Of a stretch of DNA of 64,000 nucleotides, positions 18,448-27,045 are shown piece by piece; within the stretch, counting starts at the first letter, position 1, and every line of letters starts with the position of its first letter. The notes under the pieces were generated by a model that ran no database searches, was not told the origin of the DNA, and saw nothing but the letters and a program-made list of their open reading frames with translations. A program made the position numbers and the translations under genes. Origin of the DNA: Candidatus Parcubacteria bacterium (GTDB lineage: Bacteria; Patescibacteriota; Minisyncoccia; Phycocordibacterales; CAIZLB01); NCBI GenBank assembly GCA_039795775.1, contig JBDKLC010000005.1:185624-249623 (forward strand). Reading direction: 5' to 3'.

Positions 18448-19077
18448 TTATTGTATTTCTGTAAGCACTCCGTTTTTCCATATGTAGTACGTGTATGTTT
18501 TCTGTTTTGTTTTAGAATCTGTCATATATGAGCTTAGCGTTTGCGGTTTGTCTTGTTCAATAGATAGATTCTCTAAGTAGCTCAACTCGAGGTTGTATTC
18601 AAATTGTCGCTCTTGCTTATCATAGAGAAATACAAGCGTTTGTACGAAATAATCAGGACCTACATCGTTTGTGATAGCAAGGTCATTGTATCCGTCGAAG
18701 TTGTAGTCTTTGGCTACTTGTATCATGTTTTTGTCTGGTGCTCCGAGGTCGGGATCCCCAGCAATGTGATGGTCATATGCGTCTTTATCAGAATTTGCAT
18801 AAATACCTTGAGTCACGCCACCTTCTATGAGTAGATTATTGAAATCGCATGAATAATGAAGTGTTACGGGAATATCCTTTGTGACATTTCCATAAAAAGT
18901 ATAGTAAGGAGTACTTGCAAATGACTGCTCACACGGATGTCGCTGCGCGTAATAGGGAAGCGCCACTTTTGCGCCGACTACAATGATGAGTATAACTATT
19001 GCAATAAGAAGATATATTTTTTTCACGATGTGTGGGTGTCGAGGAGCATATTGATAATGTATATATAAGTATAACAA
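18448..19077 (-). CDS. Hypothetical membrane-anchored protein.
   Basis: The 209 aa protein has an N-terminal TM helix and no known motif. Confidence 0.5.
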   Translation of the reverse strand: MLYLYIHYQYAPRHPHIVKKIYLLIAIVILIIVVGAKVALPYYAQRHPCEQSFASTPYYTFYGNVTKDIPVTLHYSCDFNNLLIEGGVTQGIYANSDKDAYDHHIAGDPDLGAPDKNMIQVAKDYNFDGYNDLAITNDVGPDYFVQTLVFLYDKQERQFEYNLELSYLENLSIEQDKPQTLSSYMTDSKTKQKTYTYYIWKNGVLTEIQ

Positions 19078-19144
19078 ATCCAGTTGCTCTTTTTTTTATA
19101 TGATTCATAATAATGTAATAAAAAATATTTAAATATTAACAGTA

Positions 19145-19960
19145 ATGCAAAAATCACACAGTAGTCTCTCAGTAGTTGGTGTCGCTCTAGTTATGGTGGC
19201 ACTTCTTGCCGGATCAGCATATGTATTTGGAAAAGCAGGAACATCAGATGATCTTGTGGCCCAAGTAAATAAGGCCGTTTCCGGACCTACTATTCCAGGC
19301 AGTGCTACAAAACCTCCTTCAACAGCCTCTACAACACCGCCGACAGCCTCTACAACTCCACTAAAGCTGCCAACATGTATGTTCAAACCTGTTGACTGCG
19401 CTAAGTACGAAAAAGCTGTAATTGATGCACAAGAAGTACTCGATAGTGACTTATTGAAGCTAAGAGATCTGTATAAGGATCAAGCTAAGTACGAAAGACA
19501 ATTGACTGAAAATAGAAAACAACAAAAAGAGATTATTGATGAACTAGTGTATCAGTACTCACTGATTGAGGGAGAGCAACGAGATATTGCAAATATACAA
19601 GAGGAGATTACAAGTGTTCAGCGACGCTTAACTGATCCAGGAATAACACCTCAAAAGAAAGCGCAATTGCAGCAGCAACTAAAGAAGCTTCAAGAGCAAT
19701 TATTCGAATCTCAGGAAGTGGTTAAAGTTGCGCGGGCAACCGTGGAATATCTAGACGGCGAACTACAGTCACTCGAAGAAGCTGAACGTAGAATTAATGC
19801 AGCTCTTGCTGGAGTGAACGAGAGCATCACAAGAATGAATGCCAAAATTAGAACAGATGAAAGTGAATTGGCTAAAGCAAAGAGAAATCTGGAAACATGT
19901 AGAAAGCTTCAGCAGCAGGCGATCGATCTATATCTAAGTTGTGTGTCTAGTTTCTACTAA
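19145..19960 (+). CDS. Membrane-anchored coiled-coil protein with a TP-rich linker.
   Basis: A signal anchor is followed by a PSTASTTPPTASTTP linker and a long heptad-rich region. Confidence 0.55.
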   Translation: MQKSHSSLSVVGVALVMVALLAGSAYVFGKAGTSDDLVAQVNKAVSGPTIPGSATKPPSTASTTPPTASTTPLKLPTCMFKPVDCAKYEKAVIDAQEVLDSDLLKLRDLYKDQAKYERQLTENRKQQKEIIDELVYQYSLIEGEQRDIANIQEEITSVQRRLTDPGITPQKKAQLQQQLKKLQEQLFESQEVVKVARATVEYLDGELQSLEEAERRINAALAGVNESITRMNAKIRTDESELAKAKRNLETCRKLQQQAIDLYLSCVSSFY

Positions 19961-20006
19961 GAGCAAAAGACTTACTTAAATAATATTTAAAGTTAGACGA
20001 CTTGTT

Positions 20007-20047
20007 AAAAAAAAGCATCAATGTAAATACATTGATGCTTTTTTTAC
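20007..20047. terminator. Bidirectional terminator between convergent genes.
   Basis: agcatcaatgta pairs with tacattgatgct in a perfect stem. It is flanked by A8 and T7 runs. Confidence 0.65.
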
Positions 20048-20070
20048 TGCATTACTTTGGTTGAAAACAT

Positions 20071-20922
20071 TTAGAAAAGAAGTAACAACAATAGTATGGC
20101 TAAGGTAAAGGCCATTCCGCCGTAGTATTTAGTTTTCATTACTTTTTTGTATTCTGATCTATCTCCTGTGATTGTTTTGACAACTTGCCATATTGATATG
20201 TACGCGACTACTCCAATGATGAAAAGTGAAAGCGCAACTGGATTGTTTGAATGAAATGAAGAGGAGAGTAACAAAAAACCAATGATAAAAAGATAGAGAT
20301 AGTTTTTTTGTATTGCTTGTATACCGTATGCGGCTGCAAATGTACGGTCACCTCTCTTTGTATCTTCTTTAATTTGATATGCCTGAGAAAATGGATACAT
20401 ACTGAGAATGATGATGGTTATACCTAGTGCTCCGAGTATGAGTTCACTAGATACAGTAGTTCCGCCACTGGCGAGGTATCCCATAATTGTTGTGTTGAAG
20501 GCCGTGCCGATACCAACCACAAAAAAACTGAGTAGTGGTTTTGCTTTGAGTCGTACTGTCGTACCGCTGTACATCCACGATAGCAGTATTGAAACCAAAT
20601 ACAGCACACCAAATATAAAGTTTATAGAGATAGATACTATGAATCCAAGTATCTGAATGAGCCAGGCACCATAGTACATCCATCTCGCCATCTTCGGTGG
20701 ATGTTCAAGTCCACCAATTGGTCCTTCATCTTTATCAATATATGAGTTGTACGCATTCGCTCCACCAAAGAGCAAAATGTAAACGAGGAAAAATAAAAAA
20801 GCAAAATGTGTATAGTCTGAAATTGTAGGGAGGTACAGCGCTCCAAGAAAGAAGGGAGCTGAAAGAATAAAAAGGTTGTAGTTCAACCGTAGGTGCAACA
20901 CAAAGTCTTTTATGTGAGACAT
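20071..20922 (-). CDS. UbiA-family prenyltransferase.
   Basis: A polytopic membrane protein containing NAYNSYIDKDEG, an Asp-rich motif of the UbiA type. Confidence 0.7.
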   Translation of the reverse strand: MSHIKDFVLHLRLNYNLFILSAPFFLGALYLPTISDYTHFAFLFFLVYILLFGGANAYNSYIDKDEGPIGGLEHPPKMARWMYYGAWLIQILGFIVSISINFIFGVLYLVSILLSWMYSGTTVRLKAKPLLSFFVVGIGTAFNTTIMGYLASGGTTVSSELILGALGITIIILSMYPFSQAYQIKEDTKRGDRTFAAAYGIQAIQKNYLYLFIIGFLLLSSSFHSNNPVALSLFIIGVVAYISIWQVVKTITGDRSEYKKVMKTKYYGGMAFTLAILLLLLLF

Positions 20923-20975
20923 AGTGAAAGTATAGCAAAAGTTTGAATTTGAGTTGCGGTTCTGAGTCTACGTTT

Positions 20976-21140
20976 CTATTTTGATGAACGAATAAGTGAT
21001 ATTGCTGTATGTAACATTACAAATATAACTAAGGCGAGGACAGTCACAATCAGCAAGTTTGGACCTTCGGGATCATCGATGAGAAAAAACATCAGACGAG
21101 AGAGAATGAATGATGCTATGAGTAGTGTGACGCGGAGCAT
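20976..21140 (-). CDS. Hypothetical small membrane protein (54 aa), absent from the ORF track.
   Basis: The protein begins MLRVTLLIASFILSRLMFFLIDDPEG and has a single TM helix. Confidence 0.25.
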   Translation of the reverse strand: MLRVTLLIASFILSRLMFFLIDDPEGPNLLIVTVLALVIFVMLHTAISLIRSSK

Positions 21141-21274
21141 GGCAAGGTTTATTTTTTGCTTTTATAACTAAATTGTATCACGTCCTAAAATCGCTTTGTG
21201 GCAGCAAAAACAAAACCCCACCTGCCATGGCAGATTCGGGTCTGCTGATGAGGTGGGGGGATTGAGGATGGTAG

Positions 21275-21664
21275 TTAACCAACGATATTGGCGATGAGCC
21301 GCTGCATTTCAAACATTTCTTCAGCAAGAGAGAGTTGCCAGGTTTGGAGTCCTGTCTCGCGATCTCTAAGTAGAGTGCCAAGGCGTTCATTGACTTGGTG
21401 GAGTGCGTTTAGATCACTGTCCATTCCCTTGGACTCATGGCCATACTTTTCCTTCTGCTGTTGGAGGTAGCGGGCGACATCTTTTACAGATTCGTTTTTT
21501 GAAATTTTGAGTTCGTCCACGCGACGAGTCCAGACTGTGATAAGAGCTAAGTGCCCATTATGGATGTCTGCTTTCAGGATGAGCTGTGCCAAGAAGGCCA
21601 TTTGCACAGGAGTTGCTTGTGGAATGCTTGCGATGATTGCTTTTACGAATGATTTGGATGTCAT
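21275..21664 (-). CDS. Hypothetical protein. The start is probably the internal Met of MTSKSF.
   Basis: The ORF is GC-rich and about 129 aa from the internal Met. Confidence 0.4.
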   Translation of the reverse strand: MTSKSFVKAIIASIPQATPVQMAFLAQLILKADIHNGHLALITVWTRRVDELKISKNESVKDVARYLQQQKEKYGHESKGMDSDLNALHQVNERLGTLLRDRETGLQTWQLSLAEEMFEMQRLIANIVG

Positions 21665-22190
21665 AGATGTTGTGTTCTGTTTCGCAACAAAAGTATCACA
21701 AAAGTTATATATGTCAATATACACAAAATGAAGTATGTATTGAATTTAAACCTGTCTCCCTGACTTTGCATATCATATCTAGTATCAATATTTTACAAAT
21801 TACAAAATGAAAAGCGCGCCGTAGGGGGGTTACGGTCGCGCTTGATCTGAAGAGCGGGGGCTCTTTAGAAGAGACTGAGTATCCATCTTACTGGACTTTG
21901 GTCTCCGTCAATAAACCACGAAAGTGTGGCAAAGAGACCGAGTGCTAGTGCGAAGAGGATGACACGAGTAGATGTTTTCATAGATGACAGATGTTTAGAT
22001 GCGGTGTGAAGGTCAGTAATCCATTCATGTGGCTTTTGCCAAACGAGCGTTTACAGAACCACTACTGAATCCAAACATCAAAAGATCTATATATGTATAT
22101 AATAACACATATTAGTGTTTATGTCAAATATGATAGTGAGCCGTACAGAGGCTTACAAAGACAGTAAAAATGTAGATCTGTGGGTAATAC

Positions 22191-23168
22191 CTAAGCCAAC
22201 AAATTCTTGTTTTGTGAAAGATATTCTCTTAAATAAGCAAGTCTTTTTTCTTGTGCTGTTTTATTCCAATACGGAAATTTCATATATGTCCCCAAGAGGA
22301 TAGAAGCTTGTAACGCTTTCTTATCATAGGTCTCATTTTTAAAATATCCTTCTATAAGCTGATGTGCTGCATCACTTGGTCCGCATCGAGATGTCGCAAT
22401 CACAATGGTTCTTCCAAGATCAATAATAGGATGATTGAACATCGGGTCTGGGTCAAAAACTGTCAACGGAGTTGTTGCAAAAATATTTTCTGGAGCAAAG
22501 TCATTATGGCAATACGTACTGCGAGGATCTTTTTCAACATACTCAATTAGTATTCGTAGAGCTGTATCTATAGATCCATGATCTTGGTCATTCAGTAATG
22601 ATTTCTCTTGTACCTCCTCAATGTTTTTTGTTACATGATCATAATCAGTAATCCAAGATGAAAATGTTGAGAATTGAGGTTTGTTATCAAGTATCTGTCC
22701 ATATCCCTGTGCAACGGTAGTATGCATTTGCTTGAGAGTTGATCCCATTTGTACAAATACTTTTTCTCGAACTAAACCTCCGAGTTTGTACTGTTCTGTA
22801 AGATGTACGGCATCAATATAATTCATCAAAATATATCTATGTGTATCAATGACTCCTTCTTCAATAACATGGGGAACTGATACACCAACCTTTTCCCAGG
22901 CTGTAAGAAAAGCACCTTCTTGTTCAACAGGTTTGGCTCGAAGGGGAATTTTAAGCACATATTTTGTATCAGGTGTTTCAATGATACTTACAAGAGACAT
23001 GACACCCTTTTGCGCAAAAAACACCTGTACATCTTTATCTTTAAATAAGTCATGTGATGAAAGAAACGTTTCTATTTTTGGAACAAGGCTAAGTCGCTTT
23101 TCATTACGTTCTTTATCTACTTCATGTTCAGTGAGACGAGGCTGATTGAGAAAGGTGATTGATGACAT
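22191..23168 (-). CDS. Aminoglycoside/choline kinase-like phosphotransferase (APH family).
   Basis: HNDFAPENIF is the Brenner motif. DPDPMFNHPIIDLG follows it. The protein is 325 aa. Confidence 0.7.
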   Translation of the reverse strand: MSSITFLNQPRLTEHEVDKERNEKRLSLVPKIETFLSSHDLFKDKDVQVFFAQKGVMSLVSIIETPDTKYVLKIPLRAKPVEQEGAFLTAWEKVGVSVPHVIEEGVIDTHRYILMNYIDAVHLTEQYKLGGLVREKVFVQMGSTLKQMHTTVAQGYGQILDNKPQFSTFSSWITDYDHVTKNIEEVQEKSLLNDQDHGSIDTALRILIEYVEKDPRSTYCHNDFAPENIFATTPLTVFDPDPMFNHPIIDLGRTIVIATSRCGPSDAAHQLIEGYFKNETYDKKALQASILLGTYMKFPYWNKTAQEKRLAYLREYLSQNKNLLA

Positions 23169-23243
23169 GGGTACAGTATAGCAAAAGATGTACGCACGTT
23201 GGTTTTAACCATATAATTGAGGGACATCAATTATTGTACGAAC

Positions 23244-23690
23244 ATGAAAACACTGCTTATTATTGTGGGTATCGGACTGGTTAGTCTTCCCGTGTATATT
23301 CTTTCTCAAAGACACAAAGGATCTGTCGAACTTGGAAAAGTGTTTTCTTTAGAATCAAAAAGCACTATTTACTATAAAAATATTTCTTTTCACTTTTCAA
23401 CTGAAACAGTCCCATTTTCAAAAGATCCTGTTACTGGTAGAGAGAAATATCCCCACGATATATATGTGGTTGATGTTGTATTGAATGGGCTTGTTTCAAA
23501 TAAAAATTCTGATGTTCCAAAAAGTAAACTTTATTTTGATACGAGTGGAGGGTACCAAGAATTTACTCTGAATTCTATGAGATACGAATTACAATTAGTT
23601 AACTATAAGGATGGTAAGGGTGAATTTATTTTAAAAGAAGTCGGTCCTGGTTTGAAAGATACAGGTATCTCGAAAGAGAAGGCGATATAG
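23244..23690 (+). CDS. Hypothetical membrane-anchored protein.
   Basis: The start is at MKTLLIIVGIGLVSL, an N-terminal TM helix. Confidence 0.5.
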   Translation: MKTLLIIVGIGLVSLPVYILSQRHKGSVELGKVFSLESKSTIYYKNISFHFSTETVPFSKDPVTGREKYPHDIYVVDVVLNGLVSNKNSDVPKSKLYFDTSGGYQEFTLNSMRYELQLVNYKDGKGEFILKEVGPGLKDTGISKEKAI

Positions 23691-23714
23691 CTACTGAGCT
23701 CCGGCTTTCGATCC
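23687..23714. repeat. Partial tRNA 3'-end-like repeat, copy a.
   Basis: atagctactgagctccggctttcgatcc is about 80% identical to the sequence at 25442-25470. It shares the gctccggc core with the 3' end of tRNA-Asn. Confidence 0.5.
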
Positions 23715-23824
23715 TGGCTACCAAACCAGACAAAAGTGGGACGATGTTCGAACTTCTTTTTGTAAAACAAAACCCCGACCTACACCTGTAAGTCGGGGCT
23801 TGTGATGTGTGTCGGGGGGGCGGC

Positions 23825-23983
23825 TTAGTAGCGCCAGCTTGTTCTGGCTCCGGATTGGTTTTTTCGGATTTGCTCCAGGCGCGCGGCTTCCTGTGCTTTG
23901 ATGTGTTCTGGGATTGAAGCGCAGGCTCCTGATTCGGCCCACTTTTTCCAAAAACGGTGCTGTCTTGACTTGCTAGTGTTCAT
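23825..23983 (-). CDS. Small basic protein (52 aa) with a canonical SD.
   Basis: AAAGGAGGTGA sits 8 nt upstream of the ATG. The translation begins MNTSKSRQHRFWKKWAESGACASIPEHIK. The ORF is GC-rich and lies in a different frame from the track ORF at 23718-23951. Confidence 0.35.
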   Translation of the reverse strand: MNTSKSRQHRFWKKWAESGACASIPEHIKAQEAARLEQIRKNQSGARTSWRY

Positions 23984-24146
23984 TCGGGTGTTCACCTCCT
24001 TTCAGGTGTTAATGGTTTTGATCAGCCAGAGGAATTCTAGCTGTATCTTCAAGAACACTTAAATAAATGTCCAAAAAGATACAGCCAGCACGTGAAAAGA
24101 ACTGGCTGTATATTGCAATATATCTAATATCCAGTCAACAGTTTGC

Positions 24147-24240
24147 TCGCTCTTGTGGACGATTTCAGAACGATAGACTGGGCTAAAGAGTATCCATATC
24201 CAACTTTAGCCTTATCTGAACTGAAAGAGCTGATTTTGAT
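24147..24240 (+). repeat. Junction repeat R, about 90 bp, directly upstream of the 24252 gene.
   Basis: The repeat begins ggacgatttcagaacgatagactgggcta and ends gccttatctgaactgaaagagctgatttt. It is about 75% identical to R' at 24819-24900. Its core resembles the sequence at 23738-23753. Confidence 0.55.
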
Positions 24241-24251
24241 ATAATGATGAA

Positions 24252-24746
24252 ATGGAAGCAGAATTTGTTGCCCTAAGAAATAGGTACTTACCAAAGAAAA
24301 TAAAAGCTGTTTTTATATTGGAATCACCACCAGCAGGTCACGGCTATTTCTATAATCCAGCAGGGCGAGTATCCGAAGTATTGTTTAGAGCTTTTATGAA
24401 AGCTGTATTGAATTTCAAACCTGAAACAAAGGAAGAAGGTTTACGGAAACTTGCAGATGAAGGATATTTACTTGTAAATCCAATCTATACACCTGTAAAT
24501 AAATTGAGTGATAAAGAAGCTGACAAACTCATTCTTGCTAATTACGACAATTTCAAAAAAGATTTAGTTTCATTGATTGGAAAATCAAACACTCCGATTA
24601 TTCTAGTAAAGTCGAGCATATTCAGATTATTGGAGAAACCTATGTTGGTTGACGGGTTCAATGTAGTAAATAATGGTGTACTTATTCCATTTCCACTTCA
24701 TTATCATATGAATACTTTTGAAGAGAGAGTAAAAGCTTTGTTATAG
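24252..24746 (+). CDS. Hypothetical protein (164 aa), cargo of the cassette-like array.
   Basis: An intact ORF with no recognisable motif, flanked by the R and H repeat elements. Confidence 0.5.
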   Translation: MEAEFVALRNRYLPKKIKAVFILESPPAGHGYFYNPAGRVSEVLFRAFMKAVLNFKPETKEEGLRKLADEGYLLVNPIYTPVNKLSDKEADKLILANYDNFKKDLVSLIGKSNTPIILVKSSIFRLLEKPMLVDGFNVVNNGVLIPFPLHYHMNTFEERVKALL

Positions 24747-24748
24747 GA

Positions 24749-24812
24749 GTTCGAAACTATTTTAGGGTAAACAAAAATCACCTTGTTTTATAAGGTGATT
24801 TTGCTTGCTCGC
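24749..24812. repeat. Hairpin repeat H, a terminator-like element shared by two cassettes.
   Basis: gttcgaaactattttagggtaaac precedes an 11 bp perfect hairpin, aaaatcacctt and aaggtgatttt. The copy at 25283-25345 is near-identical. Confidence 0.6.
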
Positions 24813-24818
24813 TTTACA

Positions 24819-24900
24819 GGACGATTTTCGAACTATCGATTGGGCTAGGGAATATCCGTTTCCGTCAATTGCCTTAAAAGAAATTGAAAGTCTCTTATCT
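24819..24900 (+). repeat. Junction repeat R', second copy.
   Basis: The repeat begins ggacgattttcgaactatcgattgggctagggaatatcc and ends gccttaaaagaaattgaaag. It is homologous to R at 24147-24240. Confidence 0.55.
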
Positions 24901-24904
24901 CAAA

Positions 24905-25264
24905 CTACTTAACCGGTGTGCCTTGATGAAAATACATCTGCCAATCATTGCCTGTCTTTTTCCATATTGAACTTCTGAGAGAAGTCAGCCTCGTGCCATC
25001 AAGGTTAATTCTATCTGTTTTGAACCTTGTTTGAGCAAATGTTTCAGAGAGAGAAATTATCTCGAAGTCATAAATCTTGTAGGTCGGTGATGGGGCACTG
25101 GTCAGAGAGTTGATTGTTATTTCTTTATTGTAAATTAAGCCTGAACTACCATATTCAATAAAATCATCAGCCAATAACTTGTTCAGTTTTTCAGCCGAAG
25201 AACGATTGTCTTGATTTACAAGGCTTAGTTCAAGTTGATAGAGAGTATCCTTTAATTCATTCAT
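24905..25264 (-). CDS. DUF4440 / SnoaL-like (NTF2-fold) protein.
   Basis: The start is at MNELKDTLYQLELSLVNQDNRSSAEKLNKLLADDFIEYGSSG and the protein ends WQMYFHQGT. The 15 codons upstream of this Met are encoded by the H' repeat, so the shorter start is preferred. Confidence 0.55.
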   Translation of the reverse strand: MNELKDTLYQLELSLVNQDNRSSAEKLNKLLADDFIEYGSSGLIYNKEITINSLTSAPSPTYKIYDFEIISLSETFAQTRFKTDRINLDGTRLTSLRSSIWKKTGNDWQMYFHQGTPVK

Positions 25265-25282
25265 AAGATAATTATACCAAAA

Positions 25283-25345
25283 AGTTCGAAACAGTTTTAG
25301 GGTAAACAAAAATCACCTTGTTTTATAAGGTGATTTTGCTGGCTC
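25283..25345. repeat. Hairpin repeat H', second copy of H.
   Basis: gttcgaaacagttttagggtaaacaaaaatcaccttgttttataaggtgattttgct. Confidence 0.6.
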
Positions 25346-25481
25346 CGGCGGTAGGGATCGGTCACGGATAATAATTGCTACGCAATTATTTCCTCGACCC
25401 CGCCTCACTCGTGGCAGTCGCCTTCTACTATAGAAGGCGACATAGCCACTTCGCTCCGGCTTTTCGATCTCTGCAGTCAGA
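25341..25481. repeat. Degenerate tRNA-3'-end-derived segment with two perfect hairpins, bounded by partial att-like repeats b and c.
   Basis: The 19 nt gctccggcggtagggatcg at 25342-25360 is identical to the tRNA-Asn 3' end at 25532-25550. Two internal hairpins are aataattgc with gcaattatt, and tcgccttcta with tagaaggcga. The right end at 25442-25470 matches copy a at 23687-23714. No cloverleaf can be drawn. Confidence 0.5.
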
Positions 25482-25491
25482 ATAGTAGAAA

Positions 25492-25526
25492 TAAAAAAGA
25501 ACGTCCTTGTGGGACGTCTTTTTATT
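25492..25526. terminator. Bidirectional terminator downstream of tRNA-Asn.
   Basis: aaaaaagaacgtccttgtgggacgtctttttatt has the stem gacgtcc and ggacgtc flanked by A-runs and T-runs. Confidence 0.55.
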
Positions 25527-25532
25527 TCTATG

Positions 25533-25604
25533 CTCCGGCGGTAGGGATCGAACCTACGACCAAGCGATTAACAGTCGCTTGCTCTACCTCTGAGCTACAC
25601 CGGA
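25533..25604 (-). tRNA. tRNA-Asn (anticodon GTT). No CCA is encoded.
   Basis: The reverse complement is tccggtgtagctcagaggtagagcaagcgactgttaatcgcttggtcgtaggttcgatccctaccgccggag. It folds with a 7 bp acceptor stem, a D arm (gctc/gagc) and an anticodon stem (agcga/tcgct) with the loop ctGTTaa. The T arm is gtagg-ttcgatc-cctac. Confidence 0.85.
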
Positions 25605-25807
25605 ATGTGTTCTCCGCTCAAGCTTGCTCTACCTCTTCGTCAGTAGCTGCTTGCTGGAATGTGTTCTTGCGATCCTCAAAGAGAATATCGCTTGAATACG
25701 GTGTCATAATATCCAAAAACCATCAAATATGCAACCCAATGCCTGGGGCCAGAACCTGTGACTAACATCCTTGTGTACAGGCCACCTTGTTCATATATAA
25801 TTATAGT

Positions 25808-26188
25808 ATGAACATCATAATAAAAGGTAATCATCTTGAAGTAACAGAAGCCATTCAGGCCTATGTTGCCAAGCGTTTTGAGGGAGTTAACAAGTTCCTC
25901 GCAGAAAACGCTCAAGTAGAAGTAGAACTTTCACGTACTACGAACCATCACAAGTCTGGAGATATTTTCCGGGCTGAAGTGAATATTGATAATAATGGTG
26001 ATCAGACTTATGCCTCTGCAAATCTTTCAGATATGTACGCAGCAATAGATGAAGTGCGAGAAGAAACGCTTCGTGTATTGTCTTCAAAAAAGGGAAAGAA
26101 GCAAAGTTTGTGGAAGCGAGGAACGCTCCGTCTCAAGAAGATGCTTCGATCTTCGGCTCCAGAAACTGACTCTACAGACCAAGAATAA
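25808..26188 (+). CDS. hpf: Ribosome hibernation promoting factor / RaiA (short form).
   Basis: The start is at MNIIIKGNHLEVTEAIQAYVAKRFE. The fold is of the YfiA/HPF type. The protein is about 127 aa. Confidence 0.8.
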   Translation: MNIIIKGNHLEVTEAIQAYVAKRFEGVNKFLAENAQVEVELSRTTNHHKSGDIFRAEVNIDNNGDQTYASANLSDMYAAIDEVREETLRVLSSKKGKKQSLWKRGTLRLKKMLRSSAPETDSTDQE

Positions 26189-27041
26189 AATCTTCGTATC
26201 GCATCTCTTTCTTTCCTTCAGGTACAACACGAGTAGGTACGAGTTGTCCTTCGATAAAGTCCGCGTCAATCACTTTGACGCGGATTTTTGTACCGTGTCG
26301 TTCAACAAAAAAGTATGTACCAGGCCAACCCTGAAACGCTTTCACTTTCAAAAAATCTGCATACTGTTCTTCAGGTGAACGTGACTCATCAATAGAAATA
26401 AGTCCGTCTTCTTTTGTAATTTTTCGAGTACATGTAGCTCGTGCTTCATCTTGTACCTCTGGCACGATAGACCCATCAATATATCCGGGAATACTATCAG
26501 CGAGAATTTCTCCTCCAATAGTTGCCAATTTTTGTTCGAGCTCGAGTACGCCAATTGGCCATGGGTCAATAGCAACTTCTTTCACTGCGACAATCGGGCC
26601 GTGGTCCATGAGTGCATCCATTTTGATAATAGTAACGCCAGTATTGGCATCATCAGCAAGAATAGACGACTGTAATGGTGAAGCTCCTCTATAAAGCGGA
26701 AGAAGTGAAGGATGCACATTGAGCGCACCTTTGGCAGGAATATCAAGAACTTTTTGTGGAATTATTTTTCCGTATGAAGCTACTATATATAAGTCAGCGC
26801 CAATCTTTTTAAGTTCAGCTACAGCATCATCATTGAGCTTTTCAAACTGATGCACTGGAATACTGTGCTCATGCGCCCACACTTTTGTAAGTGGAGGAGT
26901 GAGAACCATTTTTCGTCCCTGTGGTTTGTCAGGTGTTGTCACAAGAGCAATAGGCAACAATCCTTTTTGTTTGAGGGTGTTAAGTACAACGACTGAAAAT
27001 TCAGATGTTCCAAAAAATATAAATGAAGGGTGTGTGTGCAT
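26172..27041 (-). CDS. fmt: Methionyl-tRNA formyltransferase.
   Basis: The start is at MHTHPSFIFFGTSEFS. NVHPSLLPLYRGASP is the formyltransferase motif. A 4 nt gap separates it from the def stop, consistent with a def-fmt operon. Confidence 0.85.
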   Translation of the reverse strand: MHTHPSFIFFGTSEFSVVVLNTLKQKGLLPIALVTTPDKPQGRKMVLTPPLTKVWAHEHSIPVHQFEKLNDDAVAELKKIGADLYIVASYGKIIPQKVLDIPAKGALNVHPSLLPLYRGASPLQSSILADDANTGVTIIKMDALMDHGPIVAVKEVAIDPWPIGVLELEQKLATIGGEILADSIPGYIDGSIVPEVQDEARATCTRKITKEDGLISIDESRSPEEQYADFLKVKAFQGWPGTYFFVERHGTKIRVKVIDADFIEGQLVPTRVVPEGKKEMRYEDFILGL

Positions 27042-27045
27042 ATAA

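Noticed and set aside
23718-23951. The ORF-track 77 aa minus-strand ORF.
   Set aside because: A different frame over the same DNA, at 23825-23983, has a perfect SD and an ATG start. The track ORF has no initiation signal and an Arg/Pro-rich, junk-like translation.
25341-25481. A possible second tRNA or tmRNA-like gene adjacent to tRNA-Asn.
   Set aside because: It shares 19 nt with the tRNA-Asn 3' end but lacks D and anticodon arms. The two end motifs are direct, not inverted, so no acceptor stem forms. It is better explained as att-like duplication plus hairpins.
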